Positions 1 through 8,460 of a DNA stretch of 24,000 nt are shown here, piece after piece. Source of the stretch: Candidatus Sericytochromatia bacterium (GTDB lineage: Bacteria; Cyanobacteriota; Sericytochromatia; S15B-MN24; UBA4093); contig JAKFBU010000076.1 in assembly GCA_036676985.1 (NCBI GenBank), forward strand, positions 15,185 to 39,184, written 5' to 3'. The notes below the pieces were generated by a model. The model saw only the letters and a list, made by a program, of their open reading frames with translations, did not search any database and was not told the DNA's origin. Both the position numbers and the translations under genes were made by a program. Position 1 is the stretch's first letter. Each line of letters starts with the position of its first letter.

Positions 1-167
1 GTCAGGCCGAGGCCTTCATTCTCGACGGAGACGTCACCAAGCGTCTCTTCGCCGAGATCGCTCCTCAGTATCGCGAGCGTTCGGGCGGTTACACGCAGAT
101 CGTCAAGACGGAGCCCCGTCGCGGCGATGGCGCGCCCCAGGCGATCGTGATGCTGGTCGAGGCCTAA
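1..167 (+). CDS. rplQ: 50S ribosomal protein L17, C-terminal end (truncated by window start)
   Basis: Frame from nt 3 reads [54 protein letters not shown], stop TAA at 165-167. The RxGGYT-I-K-P-RRGD-AP-A-IxLV pattern is typical of the L17 C-terminus, and it lies directly before truA/rplM/rpsI. Confidence 0.9.
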   Translation, partial: QAEAFILDGDVTKRLFAEIAPQYRERSGGYTQIVKTEPRRGDGAPQAIVMLVEA

Positions 168-185
168 CGCCTCCCGAGGGGTTCC

Positions 186-968
186 GTGCGTAACATCGCC
201 CTGCGCGTCGGTTACGACGGGACCCACTTCGCCGGCTTCCAGCGTCAAGCCACGGACCGCACGGTCCAGGGCGCGCTCGAGGAAGCCCTCACCCGTCTGA
301 CGGGCAACAGCTTGCAAGAGCTGCGGTTCGCGGGCGCGGGGAGGACGGATGCCGGCGTCCACGCAAGTGGGATGGTGGTGAATTTCCGCACCACCAAGGG
401 TTTGGAGGACGAGACGTGGGTGAGGGCGCTCAACGCGCTGACACCCGACGACGTCGCCGTCCTCGGAGCCCGGGAGGTCGATGAGGCCTTCCACAGCCGC
501 TTCTCGGCGACCGCGCGATCGTACCGGTACGTGGTGCTGGCACGGAGGACCCCGGACCCCCTCCGCCGCTTCACGAGCCACTGGGAGCCCCGGCCCATGC
601 CCGAGGTGCCCGCGATGATCGAGGCGTTTGCCGGACTGGTGGGCACGTCCGACTTCACGGCCTTCGGGTCGACGGGGTCGAACGAACGGAGCCCGGTGTG
701 CACGGTACACCGAGCCGAGGCCCGGCTCGAGGACGACATGCTCGTGTTCGAGATCACCGCCCAGAGCTTCCTTTACCACATGGTGCGGCGGCTCGTGGGG
801 ACGGCCTTGGAAGTGGCGAAGGGAAGGTTGGACAAGCGGGAGTTCGCGGCCCTGTACCGCGCGCCCGGCAGCAGTGGGTTCGTCCCGCTGACGGCCCCCG
901 CTCATGGCCTGATCTTTATGAGTGCAACTTATCCCCCGCCTTATGCGGGGTTAAACGGACCCTTTTAG
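186..968 (+). CDS. truA: tRNA pseudouridine(38-40) synthase TruA
   Basis: GTG start. [13 protein letters not shown] and the catalytic [11 protein letters not shown] motif; lies between rplQ and rplM. Confidence 0.96.
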   Translation: MRNIALRVGYDGTHFAGFQRQATDRTVQGALEEALTRLTGNSLQELRFAGAGRTDAGVHASGMVVNFRTTKGLEDETWVRALNALTPDDVAVLGAREVDEAFHSRFSATARSYRYVVLARRTPDPLRRFTSHWEPRPMPEVPAMIEAFAGLVGTSDFTAFGSTGSNERSPVCTVHRAEARLEDDMLVFEITAQSFLYHMVRRLVGTALEVAKGRLDKREFAALYRAPGSSGFVPLTAPAHGLIFMSATYPPPYAGLNGPF

Positions 969-978
969 GAGGAACGAC

Positions 979-1413
979 GTGAAAACCTACATCGCCAAGC
1001 CGGAGGACATCACCCGGCAGTGGTATGTGATCGACGCCGAAGGCCAGACCCTGGGCCGTTTGGCGACCGTCGTCGCCGACCTGCTCCGGGGGAAGGGCAA
1101 GCCCCTCTTCACCCCGAACGTGGACTGCGGCGACTTCGTGATCATCGTCAACGCGGAGAAGATCCAGGTGACCGGCAAGAAGGTCACGGACAAGAAGTAC
1201 ATCCACCACACCATGTGGCCCGGTGGCTATCGTGAGACCACCTTCGAGAAGCTCATCAAGGCTCACCCCGAGCGGGTGATCGAGCACGCGGTGCGCGGCA
1301 TGCTGCCGCACAGCCGTCTCGGCCGCGCCATCTACGGCAAGCTCAAGGTTTACGCCGGTGCGCAGCATCCGCACGCCGCGCAGCAGCCCCAGGCGTTCGA
1401 GCTGAAGAAGTAA
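979..1413 (+). CDS. rplM: 50S ribosomal protein L13
   Basis: GTG start after AGGAGG. W-V-D-A-x-G-x-LGRLA-x-V-A and MLP-x-x-x-LGR motifs. Confidence 0.97.
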   Translation: MKTYIAKPEDITRQWYVIDAEGQTLGRLATVVADLLRGKGKPLFTPNVDCGDFVIIVNAEKIQVTGKKVTDKKYIHHTMWPGGYRETTFEKLIKAHPERVIEHAVRGMLPHSRLGRAIYGKLKVYAGAQHPHAAQQPQAFELKK

Positions 1414-1425
1414 GGAGAATCTAGC

Positions 1426-1833
1426 GTGGCAACCAAGACCAAGACTGCCGCTTATTGGGGCACCGGTCGTCGCAAGACGGCGATCGCCCGTGTCCGCCTG
1501 GTGCCCGGCACCGGCACCGTGACCATCAATGAGCGTCCGCTCGACAACTACGTCGGCTACCGCTCGGTCCTCATTCGCGAAGTGGGCCTGCCCCTCGAGG
1601 CGACCAACAACGCGGGCCGCTACGACGTGCACGTGCGCGTCGCGGGCGGCGGGGTGACCTCGCAGGTCGGCGCCATCCGCCTCGGCGTGGCCCGTGCCCT
1701 GCTCAAGGTCGATCCCGAGTACCGCAGCAACCTGCGCGCCGAGGATCTGCTCACCCGCGATCCCCGCGCCAAGGAGCGCAAGAAGTACGGCCGCAAGAAG
1801 GCCCGTAAGCGCTTCCAGTTCTCGAAGCGCTAA
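1426..1833 (+). CDS. rpsI: 30S ribosomal protein S9
   Basis: GTG start after [22 protein letters not shown] and C-terminal [25 protein letters not shown]. Confidence 0.98.
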   Translation: MATKTKTAAYWGTGRRKTAIARVRLVPGTGTVTINERPLDNYVGYRSVLIREVGLPLEATNNAGRYDVHVRVAGGGVTSQVGAIRLGVARALLKVDPEYRSNLRAEDLLTRDPRAKERKKYGRKKARKRFQFSKR

Positions 1834-1849
1834 GCGTTTCGATCGCAAG

Positions 1850-1878
1850 GACCCCTGCCATTCCGGCAGGGGTCTTTT
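1850..1878 (+). terminator. Rho-independent terminator after rpsI
   Basis: GACCCCTGCC (1850-1859) - attcc - GGCAGGGGTC (1865-1874) followed by TTTT. Confidence 0.9.
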
Positions 1879-1947
1879 CGTGCGCCGATTACGTCAGGTA
1901 CGCTCCGGGTATGCAAGGGAGGGAAATCCTGTCGGGGAGGGAGCGAG

Positions 1948-2736
1948 ATGTCCGAACAGCGGAGCGGGAAGAGCCGGCCGGTCAGCCTGGCCATCAGCCC
2001 CGGCATGCTGCTCGAGTCCGAGGGCGCCCATGAGTACGCGCACGGGGTCCAGGAGCGCCTCGACCACTGCGCCGACTACTACCTGCCCTTCACGCTCGTC
2101 GGCATCTACCTCGACGACGTGCCCATCGGCACGGGCAGCCTGCTCAACACCGACCTGCGCAGCCAGCTCTTCGCCCGCGCCAAGACGCTCATCCAGCGCT
2201 CGGTCCGCTCGACGATCAACGAGCGGCGCAAGATGACGGACGGCCTCTACCGCATCGATCCCCTCTACGTGGTCGCCCTCTGCAACGCGGACCGTACGAA
2301 CCACCTCATCCCCGTGGGCCGGATCATCGAGGCGCTGCGCCAGGCGAGCATGATCAACGAGCTCAACGGCCGCTCGACCTTCCGGCGCCGGATCGTGGTG
2401 GGCACCGTGAGCATGGATCCGCGCCAGGGCATGCGCACCATCCCGGATCTCACCGAGCGCCTGGTCGAGGCGGTCTACAAGGCCATCGAGGCTCCGCACC
2501 CGGATGCCTGCGAGCGCATGCGCATCGGCAAGTCCATGCACGACGAGATCCTCTACCACGACCTCGCGGTGGGCGAGGAGCGGGTGAGCCCGGCGCACGC
2601 CATCCCCCGCTCCGGCACCGCCCCCATCGCCAAGTCCGCCTCCGGGCCCATCTCGAGCCGCGCGGCCGTCCCGGTCCGCAGCGCCTCGGCGGCCAAGGAG
2701 AATGACCCGAAAAAACCCTTCTGGCGCTTCTGGTAG
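1948..2736 (+). CDS. Uncharacterised protein with a divergent GGDEF-like (nucleotide-cyclase fold) domain and a low-complexity C-terminal tail
   Basis: ATG after GGGAGGGAGCG. Hydrophobic/charged pattern LPFTLVGIYLDDV...INERRKMTDGLYRIDPLYVVALCNADRTNHLIPVGRIIEALRQ...RRRIVVGTVSMDP...LTERLVEAVYKAI resembles a GGDEF domain without the signature residues. Confidence 0.6.
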   Translation: MSEQRSGKSRPVSLAISPGMLLESEGAHEYAHGVQERLDHCADYYLPFTLVGIYLDDVPIGTGSLLNTDLRSQLFARAKTLIQRSVRSTINERRKMTDGLYRIDPLYVVALCNADRTNHLIPVGRIIEALRQASMINELNGRSTFRRRIVVGTVSMDPRQGMRTIPDLTERLVEAVYKAIEAPHPDACERMRIGKSMHDEILYHDLAVGEERVSPAHAIPRSGTAPIAKSASGPISSRAAVPVRSASAAKENDPKKPFWRFW

Positions 2737-2765
2737 CGCCTCGCGCCCCGACCATAGGAGGAACG

Positions 2766-4388
2766 TTGGACCTCAAGCTCCCCGGCACCGTCTTTGCTCT
2801 CTTGTCCCTCACGCTCACCATGGGCGCCGCCAAGGCCCCCGAGCTGCCCACCCATCCCCCCGCCACCCCCGAAGAGACCGCACGCGTCATCGAGGCGTTC
2901 CGGAACGCTGCCGCCCGCTCGCTGAGCGATCGCTCCGGCGACCTCTTCGCCCTTCCCGCCAAGTACTCCTTTGTCACCGAGACGGGGCACATGGTCGTGA
3001 AGAAGGCGCACGTGCGCGGCCAGACCCTCGCCATGATGGGCACCTCCCACGGCACGAGCTGGGAGTACGACACGCACATCCCCATCGTTCTCTGGGGCCC
3101 CGGCTTCATCAAGCCGGGCGTCCGCACGCCCGCTCCGGCCCAGCAGCAGGACCTGGTTCCGACCTTCGCCCAGCTGATGGGCGCGGTGCCCCCGGCGGAT
3201 GCCTACGGCCGGGTCCTCGGTGAGGCCCTCCTGCCCACCCAGAAGCGCCCCAAGGTCATCCTCACGGTCGTCTTCGACCAGGGCGGCGAGGATTACTACC
3301 GGGCGCACCCGGGCGTCACGCCGCGGCTCGATCGCTTCAAGCGCGAAGGCACCTACTTCACCGAGACGCGCATCACCCACGTGGACACCGAGACGGGCAT
3401 CGGCCATGCCGCCATCGGCACCGGAGCCTGGCCGAGCACCACGGGCATCTCGAGCAACAACATCTGGCTGCGCGGCATGGGCGCTCGCCGCTACTCGTTC
3501 GAGGGTGAGCAGGGCTCATCGCCCATCTTCCTGAACAGCCCGACCCTGGGCGATGCCTGGCTGCGCCAGACCGACAACAAGGCGCTCCTGCTCGGCTACT
3601 GCTACGCGGACCGCGCCGCCATCGGCATGGCGGGCCACGGCTCCATGTACCGCGGCAACAAGAAGCCCTGGGTCGTCTTCTACGACGAGAAGAAGGGCGA
3701 GCTCACCACCAACGAGGCCTACTACGAGCTGCCGGCCTACCTGAAGGGCGCAAGCCCCAAGCAGCGCTACGACGAGCTGACGAAGGGCACCGGCCAGTGG
3801 ATGGGCCATGCGATCGACGCCAAGTCGGCGGTCCGCAACACCCCGGCCTACGCGGCCTTCGACGGCGACAACATCGTCAAGCTCATCGAGCAGGAGCCCT
3901 TCGGCGCGGACGACGTCACGGACCTCATGTTCGTGACGCTCAAGTCCACCGACGCCTGCGGCCACGCCTTCGGCCACGAGTCGGACGAGGCGGGCGCGGT
4001 GCTCGCCGAGCAGGACAAGCAGTTCGGCCGGATCCTCGACGCCCTGACGGCCAAGGTCGGCAAGGACAACGTCGTGGTCGCCTTCACGGCGGACCACGGC
4101 AGCGCTCCTCTGGTCGAGCTCACGGGCGGCAAGCGCCTGAGCGATCGCAAGCTCCTCGCGGATCTCAACCGCCAGGTCGACAAGGTCGCCAACGGCGTGA
4201 GCGTCTTCGAGTACGCCTCGGCGACCCAGCTCTTCGTCAACGAGACGGAGCGCCAGCGGAACAAGCTGACCTACCAGGACCTCAAGGCGGCCGTGCTCGC
4301 CTACCAGGTGGACGGCAAGCCGTTCTTCGTCGACGTCTTGACCCGCCCCGAGGCCCTCGAGCGCATCAAGCGCTTCCTGGTTCCCTAG
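2766..4388 (+). CDS. Secreted alkaline phosphatase family protein (PafA/nucleotide-pyrophosphatase-like), apparently circularly permuted
   Basis: TTG start after AGGAGG, then a hydrophobic signal segment. Motifs: GTSHGTSWEYDTHIPIVLWGPGF at aa ~92-114, then ILTVVFDQGGEDYYR, HVDTETGIGHAAIGTGAWPSTTGI, STDACGHAFGHES, FTADHGSAPL. Confidence 0.88.
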   Translation: MDLKLPGTVFALLSLTLTMGAAKAPELPTHPPATPEETARVIEAFRNAAARSLSDRSGDLFALPAKYSFVTETGHMVVKKAHVRGQTLAMMGTSHGTSWEYDTHIPIVLWGPGFIKPGVRTPAPAQQQDLVPTFAQLMGAVPPADAYGRVLGEALLPTQKRPKVILTVVFDQGGEDYYRAHPGVTPRLDRFKREGTYFTETRITHVDTETGIGHAAIGTGAWPSTTGISSNNIWLRGMGARRYSFEGEQGSSPIFLNSPTLGDAWLRQTDNKALLLGYCYADRAAIGMAGHGSMYRGNKKPWVVFYDEKKGELTTNEAYYELPAYLKGASPKQRYDELTKGTGQWMGHAIDAKSAVRNTPAYAAFDGDNIVKLIEQEPFGADDVTDLMFVTLKSTDACGHAFGHESDEAGAVLAEQDKQFGRILDALTAKVGKDNVVVAFTADHGSAPLVELTGGKRLSDRKLLADLNRQVDKVANGVSVFEYASATQLFVNETERQRNKLTYQDLKAAVLAYQVDGKPFFVDVLTRPEALERIKRFLVP

Positions 4389-4402
4389 AATATCTCGCCC
4401 AC

Positions 4403-4438
4403 GTTCCGTACCGCCTACCTGGGTAGGCGGTACGGAAC
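4403..4438. repeat. Perfect 17-bp inverted repeat with 2-nt spacer (intergenic palindrome)
   Basis: GTTCCGTACCGCCTACC - TG - GGTAGGCGGTACGGAAC; no T-run follows. Confidence 0.9.
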
Positions 4439-4515
4439 CCGCGTCCTGGTGCGCTCCGACCCACCTCCAGAGGAGGTACAATGGGGCGTCCCCAGCTTGT
4501 TGAAGGAGTTGCCCC

Positions 4516-5682
4516 ATGACCGACCAGATGCGCATCATGCTGCCCGGTCCCACCCCCTGTCCGAGCTCCGCCCTGCGGGAGATGAGCCGGCCGATGATCA
4601 ACCACCGCGGCAAGGAGTTCTCCGCGATGCTGGAGCGCATCACCGAGGACCTGAAGTGGGCCTACCAGACGCGGAATGACGTCCTCATCCTCACGACCTC
4701 GGGCACCGGCGCCATGGAGAGCGCCATCGTCAACATGCTGAGCCCGGGCGATCGCGTCCTCGCCCTCATCTCGGGCGAGTTCGGCAAGCGCTTCGCCAAG
4801 ATCGCCGAGACCTACGGCGCGGTGGTCGACACGGTCGAGGCCGTCTACGGCGAGCCCATCCTGCCCGCCATGGTCGAGGAGAAGCTGCGCGGCGTCACCT
4901 ACAAGGCCGTGCTCTGCACCCACAACGAGACCTCGACCTCGCTGCTCAACCCCATGAAGGAGATCGCGGCCGTCATCCGGCGCGAGTGCCCGGACGCCCT
5001 CATCCTGGTGGACTCGGTCTCGGGCCTGGGCACCGCGCCCTTGGCCGTCGACGAGCTGGACCTGGACGTGGTGCTCGCCGGCGCTCAGAAGGCCTTCATG
5101 ATTCCGCCCGGCCTGGCCTTCGCGGCCGTGAGCCCGCGCGCCTGGGCCGCGCACGCGCAGGCCAAGATGCCCCGCTTCTACTTCGACTACACCAAGGCCC
5201 GTGAGTTCGCCAAGAAGGGGCAGACCCCCTGGACCCCCGCCATCTCGCTGTTCTTCGCCCTCGAAGAGGCGCTCGGCATGCTGAAGAAAGAGGGCCTGGA
5301 CGCCATCTTCGCGCGGCACGAGCTGCTCATGCGCATGATCCGCGCTGGCGCCAAGGCGCTCGGCCTGCGCCTGGTGGTCGAGGACGACACCTACGCCTCG
5401 CGCGCCGTCACGGGCATCTTCCCGCCCGAGGGCATCCACCCCGGCGACCTGCGCAAGGTCATGCAGGACCGCTTCGGCTACGTGGTCGCGGGCGGCCAGG
5501 GTCCGCTCACCGAGAGCATCTTCCGGATCGGGCACTGCGGGTACTACGACGCGGCGGACATGCTGGGCATGCTCTCCGTGCTCGAGGCCTCGCTCTCGAT
5601 CATGGGGGCCAAGATCCAGCCCGGAGCGGCGGTGGCAGCGGCCGAGGCCGTCCTCGCCGAGCGCCAGGCCGTCACCCGCTAG
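4516..5682 (+). CDS. Class V pyridoxal-phosphate aminotransferase (alanine-glyoxylate / serine-pyruvate aminotransferase type)
   Basis: LPGPTPCPSSALREMSRPMINHRGKEF; TTSGTGAMESAIVNMLSPGD; LVDSVSGLG; AGAQKAFMIPPGLAF (PLP lysine). SD AAGGAG upstream. Confidence 0.93.
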   Translation: MTDQMRIMLPGPTPCPSSALREMSRPMINHRGKEFSAMLERITEDLKWAYQTRNDVLILTTSGTGAMESAIVNMLSPGDRVLALISGEFGKRFAKIAETYGAVVDTVEAVYGEPILPAMVEEKLRGVTYKAVLCTHNETSTSLLNPMKEIAAVIRRECPDALILVDSVSGLGTAPLAVDELDLDVVLAGAQKAFMIPPGLAFAAVSPRAWAAHAQAKMPRFYFDYTKAREFAKKGQTPWTPAISLFFALEEALGMLKKEGLDAIFARHELLMRMIRAGAKALGLRLVVEDDTYASRAVTGIFPPEGIHPGDLRKVMQDRFGYVVAGGQGPLTESIFRIGHCGYYDAADMLGMLSVLEASLSIMGAKIQPGAAVAAAEAVLAERQAVTR

Positions 5683-5707
5683 CGCCCGCGCCTCATAAGG
5701 AGCAACG

Positions 5708-7339
5708 ATGACCTTCACGTCCACCCCCTCCGAGCAGCAGCGCGTGGGCCAGGCGGGCCCCTTCAACGTCCTGGTCCTGGACCGGGTCGATCCGGCGGGC
5801 CTCGCCATCCTGGGGGACATCGCCCAGGTCGATGCCCGGGACGCGGTCGCGCCCGACGAGCTCTTGCGGATCATCGGGAACTACGACGCGCTGATGGTCC
5901 GCTCGGCCACCAAGGTCACCCAGGAGGTGATCGAGGCGGGCACCCGCCTCAAGATCATCGGCCGGGCGGGCGTGGGCGTGGACAACATCGACGTGGGCGC
6001 CGCCACCAAGCGGGGCATCATCGTCGTCAACTCGCCAGAGGGCAACACGGTGGCGGCCGCAGAGCATGCGATCGCCCTCATGTTCGCCCTCGCGCGCCAC
6101 GTGCCCATGGCGGACGCCGCCATGAAGCAAGGCGAGTGGAAGCGCGAGCGCTACACCGGCCACGAGCTCTACCACAAGACGCTCGGCATCATCGGGCTCG
6201 GCAAGATCGGCAGCCGGGTCGCCAAGGTGGCCAATGCCGTCGGCATGCGCGTCCTCGGCTCGGATCCCTTCCTCACGCCCGAGCGGGCGCAGGAGCTGGG
6301 CGTCGAGCCCGTGGACTTCGAGACCTTGATCGCCCAGAGCGACTTCATCACGCTGCACGTGCCCAAGACGGCCGAGACCAGCAAGCTCTTCAACGCCGAG
6401 GTGCTCGCCCGCTGCAAGCAGGGCGTGTGCCTCATCAACTGCGCCCGGGGCGGGGTCATCGACGAGGCGGCCTTGGCGGACGCCATCGAGAGCGGGCATG
6501 TGGCGGGGGCGGCCCTGGACGTCTTCGAGAAGGAGCCCCTGGGCGAGAGCCCGCTGCGGGGCTTGGGCGATCGCATCATCCTCACGCCGCACCTGGGCGC
6601 CTCCACCGAGGAGGCCCAGATCAAGGTGGCCGTGGACGTGGCCGAGCAGATCGTCAGCGTCCTCAAGGGCGAGGGGGCGCGGTCGGCCGTCAACATCCCC
6701 ACCCTGCGTCCCGAGGTGGTGGAGCCGGTGCGGCCCTTCATGGGCCTGGCCGAGAAGCTCGGCAGCCTCGCCTCCCAGCTCCTGGACGGTCCCATCGAGC
6801 GGGTCGAGATCCTCTACCACGGCGGACTGGCGGCGAAGAACGTGGAGCCCCTGACGGTGGCGGCCCTCAAGGGGGCGCTCTCGCACGCGGTGCCGGAGGG
6901 CGTGAACTACGTCAACGCGCCCCTGGTGGCCAAGGAGCGGGGCGTCGAGGTTCGGGAGAGCCGTTCGAGCGAGTCCAAGGACTACGCGGACCTGATCGCG
7001 GTGGCGGTCATCGGCGGCGGTGGCTGGCACACGGTGGCGGGCACGGTCTTCGGCGAGGGCGACCCGCGGGTGGTGCGCATCGACGAGCATGCGTTCAACA
7101 TGAGCCCGGCGGGCGACGTCTTGATCGCGCCGCACCAGGACCGGCCGGGGGCCATCGGCACCATCGGGACGCTCTTGGGCGAGCTCGGGATCAACATCAA
7201 CGGCTTCCAGCTGGGTCGAAAGTACAAGAAGGGCCCTGCGGTGATGGTGCTCAACGTGGACGACGCCATCTCGCCCGAGGCGATCAAGCGCATCTGTGCG
7301 CTGGAGGGGTTCCATGACGTTCGGTTCGTGACGCTCTGA
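5708..7339 (+). CDS. serA: D-3-phosphoglycerate dehydrogenase (long form with C-terminal ASB/ACT regions)
   Basis: GRAGVGVDNIDV, GIIGLGKIGSRVAK, INCARGGVIDEAAL, TPHLGASTEEAQ, and C-terminal ACT-like HQDRPGAIGTIGTLLGELGININGFQLGR. Confidence 0.96.
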   Translation: MTFTSTPSEQQRVGQAGPFNVLVLDRVDPAGLAILGDIAQVDARDAVAPDELLRIIGNYDALMVRSATKVTQEVIEAGTRLKIIGRAGVGVDNIDVGAATKRGIIVVNSPEGNTVAAAEHAIALMFALARHVPMADAAMKQGEWKRERYTGHELYHKTLGIIGLGKIGSRVAKVANAVGMRVLGSDPFLTPERAQELGVEPVDFETLIAQSDFITLHVPKTAETSKLFNAEVLARCKQGVCLINCARGGVIDEAALADAIESGHVAGAALDVFEKEPLGESPLRGLGDRIILTPHLGASTEEAQIKVAVDVAEQIVSVLKGEGARSAVNIPTLRPEVVEPVRPFMGLAEKLGSLASQLLDGPIERVEILYHGGLAAKNVEPLTVAALKGALSHAVPEGVNYVNAPLVAKERGVEVRESRSSESKDYADLIAVAVIGGGGWHTVAGTVFGEGDPRVVRIDEHAFNMSPAGDVLIAPHQDRPGAIGTIGTLLGELGININGFQLGRKYKKGPAVMVLNVDDAISPEAIKRICALEGFHDVRFVTL

Positions 7340-7477
7340 CCCCCCCTTCCCCCCCTGCTGCGCAAGGGGGGCACAAAGAGCCCGGCTGCGCCGGATTGTC
7401 GCCGCGAATCCCCCTGCAAGGCAGGGGGATTCGCCATGAAAAGCCCCCCTTGCCGAAGGCAGGGGGGGAAGGGGGGG
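7340..7477. repeat. 138-bp nested inverted-repeat element between convergent genes
   Basis: Outer arms CCCCCCCTTCCCCCCCTGC (7340-7358) / GCAGGGGGGGAAGGGGGGG (7459-7477). Second arms GCAAGGGGGGC (7362-7372) / GCCCCCCTTGC (7443-7453). Inner hairpin GCGAATCCCCCTGC (7404-7417) - AAG - GCAGGGGGATTCGC (7421-7434). Confidence 0.85.
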
Positions 7478-7496
7478 TGGTAACTCGGTCGGCGCT

Positions 7497-8297
7497 TCAG
7501 AGGATGATGGCGATGGGCAGCTTGCCGTTCTTCAGCGCGTCCTTGACCTTGTTCGCCTCGTCGTCCGCCAGGAGCAGATCCGCCCGGGTCGGGCCGAAGG
7601 CCCGCTTGGCCTTGAGCGACACCGGGCTCTCGCCCACGAAGGGCTTCGCCCCGTCCGGCACGTGGTAGTACGCGATGGGCGCATCCTCCGCCGTGAGCGC
7701 CTTGCCGCCCTGGTCGCGCACGCGGATCCGCAGCGCCGGCTGCGCCCCGGTGCCCCGGGCGTCGATCACGATCCCCGTCGGCTTGCCCTTGATGCTCTCG
7801 GTGGCCGCCGGCGTCGGGCCGAACACCACCCGCGCCAGGCTGGAGGGGCCGGCCAGGGGCAGCTCCAGCGTCACCTCCACCGAGCCGTCCGCCCAGTAGT
7901 GGGTGTCCACCGCGCGCGCCTCGCGCACCAGCTCGTTGATGCCGAGCCGCGTCTGGTCGTCCACGGCCGTCAGGTCCCGGACGAAGGCCGAGCCGTTGAC
8001 CCGCAGCTGATCCAGGCTCTCCGAGAGCCGTCGGTAGCCGTCGGCAAACGCGGTCCGCTTGGCCATCAGGCGGCGCTGGGTGAGCGTGCCGCGCTCGGGC
8101 GCCATGCCGATGCCCTTGATGCGGAGCACGAACCGGCTCCAGTCGATGGAGAGCCCGTCGTCGTCCTTCTCGATGAGCGCGTTGCCCGCCACTTCCAGCG
8201 AGGTCGTCGCCGCCGCACTGGCCGTCGCTTCCGCCGCATGGACGGGGCTCGAGATCAGCAGGGACAGGGCGAACAAGGGCGCGATCAAACGAAACAT
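7497..8297 (-). CDS. Secreted/lipoprotein-associated LPP20-like domain protein
   Basis: ATG at 8297 with upstream GGAGAT and signal peptide MFRLIAPLFALSLLISSPVHA. GIGMAPERGTLTQRRLMAKRTAFADGYRRLSESLDQLRVNGSAFVRDLT resembles the LPP20 pattern. Confidence 0.65.
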   Translation of the reverse strand: MFRLIAPLFALSLLISSPVHAAEATASAAATTSLEVAGNALIEKDDDGLSIDWSRFVLRIKGIGMAPERGTLTQRRLMAKRTAFADGYRRLSESLDQLRVNGSAFVRDLTAVDDQTRLGINELVREARAVDTHYWADGSVEVTLELPLAGPSSLARVVFGPTPAATESIKGKPTGIVIDARGTGAQPALRIRVRDQGGKALTAEDAPIAYYHVPDGAKPFVGESPVSLKAKRAFGPTRADLLLADDEANKVKDALKNGKLPIAIIL

Positions 8298-8325
8298 AGG
8301 CGAAATCTCCTTCCGGGGCGCCTCT

Positions 8326-8331
8326 TTTATA
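8326..8331 (-). promoter_or_regulatory. Putative extended -10 element (TGG-TATAAA) upstream of the 7497-8297 gene
   Basis: Minus strand reads ...AACGTGGTATAAAAGAGG about 30 nt upstream of the ATG. Confidence 0.4.
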
Positions 8332-8460
8332 CCACGTTCGGACGTCATTCTGACGCCGGGAGCGGCCTGACCATCATCCCGGGCCGCGGGCGTTTTTCCT
8401 TGCCTGGACAGGCGGGGGAGCCCCTGCTAGGATGAGCACCCAACTGAAGGAGGTGCTCGC

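Noticed and set aside
906-960. Hairpin CCCCGCcttatGCGGGG at the truA 3' end as a terminator or ribosomal-protein autoregulatory leader
   Set aside because: Short stem, no T-run and inside the coding frame. Possible but not supportable from sequence alone.
2553-3407. Idea that the phosphatase N-terminal block is a separate gene fragment or assembly chimera
   Set aside because: Signal peptide, permuted block and catalytic core are in one uninterrupted frame with matching codon usage, and each block is present once. I kept the permutation interpretation but note that raw-read support should be checked.
3516-4643. 375-aa minus-strand ORF (and 4366-5874 minus, 502 aa)
   Set aside because: Antisense to the phosphatase and aminotransferase; no family-like motifs.
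5693-7315. 540-aa minus-strand ORF antisense to serA
   Set aside because: Fully antisense to a certain gene. His/Arg/Gly/Asp-rich translation is typical of stop-poor reverse frames in GC-rich DNA.
6136-7317. 393-aa plus-strand ORF overlapping serA in another frame
   Set aside because: Gly/Arg/Ala-rich shadow frame of serA.
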